A stretch of 64,000 nt of DNA. It comes from Macrostomum lignano (lineage: Eukaryota). The DNA is taken from positions 124,001 through 188,000 of the forward strand of contig NIVC01000630.1 of assembly GCA_002269645.1 (NCBI GenBank), given 5' to 3'. Position 1 is the stretch's first letter. Each line of letters begins with the position of its first letter. The translations under genes and the position numbers were made by a program. Positions 55,690 to 64,000 of this stretch are shown piece after piece. Under the pieces are notes generated by a model, which was not told where the DNA came from, made no database searches, and saw nothing but the letters and a program-made list of their open reading frames with translations.

Positions 55690-56270
55690 TTCAGTTTGTG
55701 CCAAAGTTAATCAATTGTATTTCAGGTGGCGCCAAAGTTAATTAATTGCATTTCAGGTGGCGCCAAAGTTAATTAATTGCATTTCAGGTGGCGCCAAAGT
55801 TAATTAATTGTACTTCAGCTGGCGCCAAGGTTAATTAATTGTATTTCAGGTGGCGCCAAAGTTAATTAATTGTATTTCAGGTGGCGCCAAAGTTAATTAA
55901 TTGTACTTCAGGTGGCGCCAAGGTTAATAAATTGTACTTCAGGTGGCGCCAAGGTTAATAAATTGTACTTCAGGTGGCGCCAAGGTTAATAAATTGTATT
56001 TCAGGTGGCGCCAAAGTTAATTAATCATATTTCAGGTGGCGCCAAGATTAATTAATTGTATTTCAGATGGCGCCAAGATTATTTAATTGGATTTCAGGTG
56101 GCGCCAAAGTTAATTAATCATATTTCAGGTGGCGCCAAGATTAATTAATTGTATTTCAGATGGCGCCAAGATTATTTAATTGGATTTCAGGTGGCACCAA
56201 AGTTAATTAATTTTATTTCAGGTGGCGACAAAGTTACTGTAATTAACAGAATTTAATATTGCGCCAAGTT
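55690..56270 (+). repeat. 31-bp minisatellite GGTGGCGCCAAAGTTAATTAATTGTATTTCA upstream of the DCX gene
   Basis: About 17 units; preceded by a duplicated ctcatttttatgccctgggagacgccaaat block (about 55510 and 55623). Confidence 0.92.
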
Positions 56271-56544
56271 TTAACGCAGAGTTTGAAACTACGATACTCT
56301 GAGTGACTTCGATTTTATGGACTTTAAAAGGTTTAAAAACTGCATTGTACTACTTGAAGCTAGCAGTAGTATTGCTTGCTTCTGACATCTGACTATAATA
56401 GATGTTGGATGAAATTCTGTCTTCTCCGATGCCCAATTGACCTCGCAGTTATTCAGCTGATTTCTTCGATGGCAGTGGAAGGACTTTCAGCAATGTTCTC
56501 AATTTTTGAGTGACATCCTACTGTACTTTGTGACATCATAAAGC

Positions 56545-57355
56545 ATTAAGTGACATTCTAACGTGTTCAGTGACATTCTAACGTGTCCAGTGACATTCTA
56601 ACGCGTTTAGTGACATTCTAACGTGTTCAGTGACATTCTAACGTGTTCAGGGACATTCTAAGGTGTTCAGGGATATTCTAACGTGTCCAGTGACATTCTA
56701 ACGCGTTCAGTGACATTCTAACGTGTTCAGTGACATTCTAACGTATTCAGTGACATTCTAACGTGTTCAGTGACATTTTAACGTGTTCAGTGACATTCTA
56801 ACGTATTCAGTGACATTCTAACGTATTCAGTGACATTCTAACGTGTTCAGCGGCATTTTAACGTGTTCAGTGACATTCTAACGTATTCAGTGACATTCTA
56901 ACGTGTTCAGCGGCATTTTAACGTGTTCAGTGACATTCTAACGTATTCAGTGACATTCTAACGTGTTCAGTGACATTCTAACGTGTTCAGCGGCATTTTA
57001 ACGTGTTCAGTGACATTCTAACGTATTCAGTGACATTCTAACGTGTTCAGCGGCATTTTAACGTGTTCAGTGACATTCTAACGTATTCAGTGACATTCTA
57101 ACGTGTTCAGTGACATTCTAACGTATTCAGTGACATTCTAACGTATTCAGTGACATTCTAACGTGTTCAGTGACATTCTAACGTGTTCAGTGACATTCTA
57201 ACGTGTTCAGTGACATTTTAACGTGTTCAGTGACATTTTAACGTGTTCAGTGACATTCTAACGTATTCAGTGACATTCTAACGTATTCAGTGACATTCTA
57301 ACGTATTCAGTGACATTCTAACGTGTTCAGTGACATTCTAACGTGTTCAGTGAAA
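56545..57355 (+). repeat. 20-bp minisatellite GTGACATTCTAACGTGTTCA
   Basis: About 40 units. Confidence 0.95.
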
Positions 57356-57804
57356 ATCTACTACTGCCTGTACTAGCACATAAATGTTGTTTACTGCAAA
57401 AAATAATTTTCTATCGGCCACTGCTGTAGATTAATTTTAATCACGCGAAAGTCAACGAAAATAGGTACTCATAATCATAGAACCTATTGTTTAGTCCAAC
57501 ATAATTAATGAAATCAACTATATAACAATTGGAGTCAGATGAGCACACTCCATATTTCATTATGGCTGGCACCACGCAAGGCTGTATTCAACCTGAAACA
57601 GTGCAATGCGAGTGCACACAGCCAGAATAGCAGAAATGCTTGACAACCTACTTTAGCAGGTCACTGGCTGATTGGATATTGTCAAGTGGCATTACGCTAC
57701 TAATTAGGATGAAATAAATGCTAAACGTATGTGCGATAGGGTAAACACGGTTTGACTATTAACTCATTAATTAAATGTGTTCAACCTTCAAACTCTACCT
57801 AAGA

Positions 57805-58555
57805 ATACAATCTCTCCCTAAGAGTGCCATCTCTTCCTAAGAGTGCCATTTCTTCCTAGGAGGGCCATCTCTTCCTAAGAGTGCCATCTCTTCCTAAGAG
57901 TGCCATCTCTTCCTAAGAGTGCCATCTCTTCCTAAGAGTGCATTCTCTTCCCAAGAGTGCCATCTCTTCCCAAGAGTGCCATCTCTTCCTAAGAGTGCCA
58001 TCTCTTCCTAAGAGTGCCATCTTCTCCTAAGAGTGCCATCTCTTCCCAAGAGTGCCATCTCTTCCCAAGAGTGCCATCTCTTCCTAAGAGTGCCATCTCT
58101 TCCCAAGAGTGCCATCTCTTCCTAAGAGTGCCATCTCTTCCCAAGAGTGCCATCTCTTCCTAAGAGTGCCATCTCTTCCTAAGAGTGCCATCTTCTCCCA
58201 AGAGTGCCATCTCTTCCCAAGAGTGCCATCTCTTCCTAAGAGTGCCATCTCTTCCTAAGAGTGCCATCTTCTCCTAAGAGTGCCATTTATTCCTAGGAGG
58301 GCCATCTCTTCCTAAGAGTGCCATCTCTTCCTAAGAGTGCCATCTCTTCCCAAGAGTGCCATCTCTTCCTAAGAGTGCCATCTCTTCCCAAGAGTACCAT
58401 TTCTTCCTAGGAGTGCCATCTCTTCCTAAGAGTGCCATTTTCTCCTAAGAGTGCCCTTTCTTCCTAGGAGTGCCATCTCTTCCTAAGAGTGCCATCTCTT
58501 CCTAAGAGTGCCATCTTCTCCTAAGAGTGCCATCTCTTCCTAACAATGCCATCTC
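57805..58555 (+). repeat. 19-bp minisatellite AAGAGTGCCATCTCTTCCT
   Basis: Direct reading. Confidence 0.95.
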
Positions 58556-59356
58556 TGCTTGCAAGACTGTCTACATACCCAAATCCACCCTCCTTTAAAG
58601 TTTCCTTCAACCCGCTCAGGCTGTAGGTAGCTTAGCAACCCTTCAGTTAAACTTTGAAGAAGTGAAAAAACTCCTTCCTATTCTCAGCCTTTAAAGTTAA
58701 AGAATGGCAAGGCCATGAAAGTCATTGTCTCGACAAGACGCTCTAGACTAGCTACTCGTAAAGGCTAGAAGTTGAACTGCAAGTATTTGCCAAGCATACT
58801 GCCAGCTAAACAATGCACAGCAAGATGGAGACAAAGTCTGGGGGTAACTTTAGTCAAGGGGACCAGGAACCAGAGACTTGAACTGACAACTGTATAGGCT
58901 ACCTGAAGCTTTTTTAGTTAAGCTTTTCAGCCTATGGTTGTCTCTCGGAGTTGTCACTCCAGACTCCGCGGTTCAGAGCCCCCCGCCCCCTGCCCCAGCG
59001 CTGATGCATGCATCGTTTCAAAAAACCCGAAAAGTTTTAAACAATGGAAGCTCATGCTCCACGAGCGCTTGCTTAGCTAAAAAATTTCCATATACTAAAG
59101 GTATGTTTTTTCTAGCTTTCGAGAACAATGTATAAGAATGATACTTATAGATGGACAGGTGAGCGAGAGGTGATACGAGAACACAACTATACAGATGTTT
59201 CCTCCGCACTGGTATTTTTTCACGCTTAGTTTTGTTTCTAAGGCATACGACAGTCCAACATCGTGGAAGTTAGCTGAAAGTATGAGATTAAATAAATGAT
59301 AGTCAGAAAGTGAATTAGTTGTCTAGCTAAGGTGCCCTTAATTATCTCTGCCATTG

Positions 59357-59662
<306 letters not shown>

Positions 59663-59826
59663 CCAGCGTACCTGTCTGACCGGGCTCCCTCCCGCCTCAG
59701 TCACCCCTCCCAGTCGTCCCCACTCTCAGCACTCAGTGCTTTCCATCGAAGATTCCAAGGTGAAAAAATCTAAAAAAACTGGCGCCCCCCGACAAATCAT
59801 CTAACGCTTCTGGCAGGCACGCTTTG

Positions 59827-59840
59827 GTCTCCATGGCAAC
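59827..59840. promoter_or_regulatory. RFX X-box upstream of the polycystin gene
   Basis: GTCTCCATGGCAAC matches the GTNRCC-N(0-3)-RGYAAC / GTHNYYATRGNAAC consensus. Confidence 0.6.
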
Positions 59841-60264
59841 GCAACCCATAGCATCTATTGTTGAAGATTTTTTCTCCCTATTTTGAGAGTCACTCAGAGG
59901 CTGCAGAGAGCCGGCTGGCGCAGCATCCAATGATCGCAAAGCAGGCCAAGTTTTTTTTTCAGCAGTGAACCGTTCCAGCCGAACGGAGCTTCATATGGCG
60001 AGGTTTGCTGAGTTGAGCACTATTTCAGTGTTGAGCAGGCCCATTGTCTCAAACACAAATCTGCTTAGTCGGCTCATTCACAGAAGCTTGAATTGCTCAC
60101 ACAATTTCGGGTTGGATATATTGACGCTTTGTTAAACCTGTTTCAAAAACAATCTGAAATATATACGTATTAAAAGCCAATTAATTCCGAACTCAGGTAA
60201 GACGTTCTTAACAGCATAAATAGACGTACTGTTGCAAAAAACTTGGAGACCTGCAATTTCAAAT

Positions 60265-60800
60265 TACCCCAGTGAATTTTTGATTACCTCATTGAACTTC
60301 AAATTACCTCAGTGAATTCCAAGAACACCTCAGTGAATTCCAAGAACACCTCAGTGAATTCCAAAACACCCTCAGTGAATTCCAAAACACCTCATTGAAT
60401 TCCAAAATACCTCATTGAATTCCAAAACAACTCATTGAATTCCAAAACACCTCATTGAATTCCAAAACAACTCATTGAATTCCAAAACACCTCAGTGAAT
60501 TCCAAAACACCTCATTGAATTCCAAAAGCACCCTCAGTGAATTCCAAAACACCTCATTGAATTCCAAAACACCTCATTGAATTCCAAAAGCGCCCTCAGT
60601 GAATTCCAAAAGCACCCTCAGTGAATTCCAAAACACCTCATTGAATTCCAAAACACCTCATTGAATTCCAAAAGCACCCTCAGGGAATTCCAAAAGCACC
60701 CTCAGTGAATTCCAAAACACCTCATTGAATTCCAAAACACCTCATTGAATTCCAAAAGCACCCTCAGGGAATTCCAAAACACCTCATTGAATTCCAAAAC
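60265..60800 (+). repeat. 20/22-bp minisatellite CTCATTGAATTCCAAAACAC ending just before the polycystin acceptor
   Basis: Direct reading. Confidence 0.93.
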
Positions 60801-60822
60801 TCCGAAAACATTTTTCAGAACT

Positions 60823-60836
60823 GTCGCCATAGCAAC
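60823..60836. promoter_or_regulatory. RFX X-box 7 nt before the polycystin ATG
   Basis: GTCGCCATAGCAAC. Confidence 0.6.
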
Positions 60837-60843
60837 TGCCCCG

Positions 60844-63615
60844 ATGTCGAACAGCAACAGCTGGCGTGGTCGCTTTCAAACAGCCATCCTAGCCAGGTTG
60901 CCATGGCAACTAATTAAAGACGAGACAGAACCGGCGGCCAGCGGCTACGGCAGTTGGCAGCGGCGCCAGACTCTGCGTCGAGCGGCGAAACGTCGTCTGG
61001 CCCTGTTTCTGACAACTGTGGCGCATCTGGCGCTGGTTCTGACCGCCGCTTGCGCCGATCGCCGGGGCGTCGAGCAGCTGCTATTGCGCCGGCATCTCCA
61101 CCGACTGTTCGAACCGGGCGCGGCGCCTTACAACTCAACGGTGGCCGGTTTTTGGCGCTGGGCGCGCGCGCGCCTTGTGCCGGGACTCTTCTACGCGCCC
61201 GAGTCACGAGTTGCCTTGCGCATAGCGGGACAACCGGCAATCAGCCTGGCGCTGAGTCCCTCGTCTGGCGCCCCGTGTCCTTCAGGACTGCCGCAGGCTC
61301 TGCAAGATCCGCCTGGCGCCGTTTGCCTGGCGCCAGGCAGCGCCGACGGCACTCTGTCGGCAAACTTAGAAAAGGAGATTCAGTCATTAGGCCACAATGC
61401 AACGGTTGCCATGGCAACTATTGACGCATTGGAATCGGCCAACTGGGCTCCGTTGTTAAGGACTCGTAGTCTGTCGGTTGAGTTTGTGCTCTACCAGACT
61501 GGCTGCGGCCTGCTGGCAGCCTGCCAGATGCAGCTGCGGCTGCCGGTTGCCGGGACGACCGGGCAGTCCCGGCTGCGGCTGTGGCTGCACCCGGTGAGAG
61601 ACTATCCGGGAGACGGCAGATCGGTGGCGGCTCTCACTCTCGAACTGGCCAGCCTGCTACTGGGCGCCGCGCTCATCATTGTTGTTGTCATGGTAACGCG
61701 TCGCTGCAGCGATTTGTACGGTCGGATTGGCGCCGGGTGGCTTTGGCATCGGGCCACGTGTTTCGGCGCCATCCTGGCGTCCGGAGTGGCGCTGACGCTG
61801 CGCTGCAGCGGCGAGCTGGACGCGAGGCGACGTCTGGCAGCGGGACAGGCGGCGGAGGCGTTCGCCGCGGTCAAGGCGACGGCGGAGTTTGGCGAGGTCA
61901 GTAAGGGTTTGTTTTGCTGTTTGAGCAGCCATGAGGGCCGACCCTGGGTGTGGCCCAGCGCGTCGCTCTGATATCCGAGCGGCCCAAGGCTCGATTCCAA
62001 GTGCAGTCGCATTAAGTTGGAGCTAAATTGGGAATCCCGGCTTGACTCTGCTCGTGCAATTAACACCGTGAAGTGTACATGCCTAACGATAAATGCCGCT
62101 GTACACTCCTGTGTGTGTGTGTGTGTGTGCTTGTGCGTATGACTGCGTAACAGAATGGGGAATGATGTCTCTCGCCAGTTGTGTCCCTCTTCTGCCACTA
62201 ATAAAAAATAGCTACAGAAGGCTAGAGCCAAAGGAAAATAGTTGGTGCGTGTTCTATAAAATCTGGTTGTTTTTTAGAATGCATTTGCATCAACTGAGTT
62301 TTTTTACATGAAGAAATATCCATTAAATAGGTAGGAAGTGCCTGTAACTTTAGTGGAATTTTCGCTCTGTTGCCAGAATCCAGTATAGTAATTCTCCAGA
62401 AGAACGCCACTAGAAGGCAGCTAGTGCCACAGCTTCTGGTAAAGAGACCATGATTTTGTTGTCATGCGGTTGTTATGTCATGTCACAGCTATGAGGGCCA
62501 GCCCCCCAAGACACAGAGTGTGTACATGCCTGACGATTAGAAAGTCAGGGCCGCTGTACACCCTGTGTGAGCGCGTGCCTCCGAGTCAGCGGAATGTGCA
62601 GAACTGTCATCAACGCTGATGTTGTGGGACGATGTCGCAGAAGTCGTTGCGCCAGGTTGCCCAGAGCCCTTTTACAAATATTTCATTTCATAAATAATTT
62701 ATCCTTCCTTCAGGCCTTCAGCAGCCTACTAGCCATTCAAGCCTTTCTTTGCACTCTGCAATTGCTGGAAGCAATGCTGCTGCATCAGAGGCTGGCCAAA
62801 TTCTACTCAGTGGTTGGAAGAGTTGTTGGCAAACTTGCTGGGCTAGCTGCGGCCCTCTGCCTGCTGTGCCTCGCCACCTGTCTGTACCTGCTGGCTGCCC
62901 TGGCCTCTGAGTTTGGACATGAACGTTGGTACAATTTCGCAACGCTGATGCAGAGCCTGATTGTTACTACACTTCGTAAGTCTGAGCTGGAGTATCTGCA
63001 ACAGTATTTAAGCATGCTAAGCTGCTAATTAGCAACAAGTATACGAAATTGTTAAATTACTGCAGAGCTGCTAAAGTACTCGATCATACTGTTGACTCTA
63101 CAACCATATTCAGCTGTATCCAATCACGATGAGCCTCACTAACAGTTTTTTTCCTAATTTTCTTCTGTGTCAGCCAATCAGAGATAAGCATCGCTGAATA
63201 AGTCATTAATTCTCTCCTATCTGCGTCAGCTAATCAGCGATAAGCATCGCTGGATGAGTCATTCGTTTTCATTTCAAAAATGTACCCTCAGGCGAGGCAA
63301 AGCACGCTCATTGGCGCGATCTTAACCACTGGCCGTTGGCGATCCTGCTATTGGCGGTTTTTGTGACGGCAATTGGCCTTCTTGTCGTACGGTTTCTTAG
63401 CGCCCTCGTCATTCAGTGCTACGCCGAGGAATCGGCGAAGCGTCGAAGTCGAGATGTCAATGATTTTGGCGATGTCGCTGACGAAGCAACGCCGGGACTG
63501 CTGAAGTCGATTTTGTGCTCACCGACTGTGCGGCTGCTGCGATGGCTGGCAACGGTGCTGAACATCGCCAATCCGAGACTCAAGTCTAGGCTGGACTACA
63601 TTCACAGTCACCAAG
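60844..63615 (+). CDS. Divergent polycystin cation-channel family (TRPP/PKD) protein, 3' partial; exons 60844-61896, 62714-62975, 63292-63615
   Basis: S1 hydrophobic segment, then TOP-domain pattern FWRWARARLVPGL and NW...TRSLSVEFVLY...LRLP..G; S2-S5, pore helix WYNFATLMQSL and S6 WPLAILLLAVFV...FLSALVIQCYAE. Junction phases (0, 1) consistent. An upstream coding exon cannot be excluded. Confidence 0.75.
60897..60910. promoter_or_regulatory. Perfect palindromic X-box inside polycystin exon 1; identical copy at 61405-61418, variant at 61684-61697
   Basis: GTTGCCATGGCAAC twice and GTTGTCATGGTAAC once. Confidence 0.55.
62484..62580 (+). repeat. Dispersed intronic hairpin element, best copy; other copies at about 21973-22046, 24670-24750, 36676-36798, 39346-39415, 62072-62125
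   Basis: Shared core GTGTACATGCCTGAC-(loop)-GTCAGGG..CTGTACACCCTGTGTGAGCGTG visible in all copies to varying extent. Confidence 0.8.
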
Positions 63616-63689
63616 GTCAGTTTATAGTTTACAGCCAATAAGAGAACACCTAGCGTTCAATGGTTCACTTTTCTAATCCCTACTAACTG

Positions 63690-63905
63690 GCCCACGCCCG
63701 TTAGCCAATGAGAGAAGGGCCCTATGTTCGATGAGTCATTATTTCTCCTACCCCTGTTAGCCAATAAGAGAAGAGCCCGATGTTCGATGAGTCATTATTT
63801 CTCCTACCCCTGTTAGCCAATAAGAGAAGAGCCCGATGTTCGATGAGTCATTATTTCCCCTACCCCTGTTAGCCAATGAGAGAAGAGCCCGATGTTCGAT
63901 GAGTT
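63690..63905 (+). repeat. 56-bp repeat GTTAGCCAATAAGAGAAGAGCCCGATGTTCGATGAGTCATTATTTCTCCTACCCCT (about 4 units); related degenerate units at 63100-63265
   Basis: Direct reading. Confidence 0.88.
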
Positions 63906-64000
63906 ACTAAATGTACATGTATTTCTCCTAACTTAAAAAAATTACAACAACTACATGTACGCAGAGAGCAAGGTGAGCTCGAACTTGCACAACATCCGCA

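Noticed and set aside
61960-62045. Segment resembling tRNA-Leu/Ser (ccgagcggcccaaggc)
   Set aside because: No T-loop GTTCRA and no acceptor-stem pairing; not supportable as a tRNA.

Overview
Eukaryotic (metazoan) genomic DNA. Short GC-rich exons, GT-AG introns packed with minisatellites and 3' splice acceptors just ahead of most start codons suggest a free-living flatworm such as Macrostomum (inference only). I assembled spliced gene models by hand, checking splice phase at each junction. On the + strand: the last exon of an SH3BP5-family gene, PCTP/STARD2, a mitochondrial RF1-type release factor (MTRF1L-like), SCAI, RNPS1, an ovo/shavenbaby zinc-finger gene and a divergent polycystin/TRPP channel that runs off the window. 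On the - strand: a doublecortin (2x DCX) gene and an unrecognised 10-exon, 514-aa protein made of four ~90-aa repeats ending in a prenylation motif (CCVVL). About 40 distinct tandem arrays fill introns and spacers and account for most long ORFs in the supplied track, which are artefacts. SCAI intron 1 holds hAT-type MITEs with 8-bp TSDs, one nested in another. Main leads: (1) the four-repeat CaaX protein; (2) a hairpin element found six times, always intronic and always in + orientation; (3) five RFX X-boxes in and around the polycystin gene; (4) minisatellites that copy splice sites or carry E2F, CCAAT or AP-1 motifs; (5) a co-directional gene run that may be SL trans-spliced; (6) a shortened codon-recognition loop in the mitochondrial RF1. 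No database search was possible; family calls rest on remembered conserved motifs.
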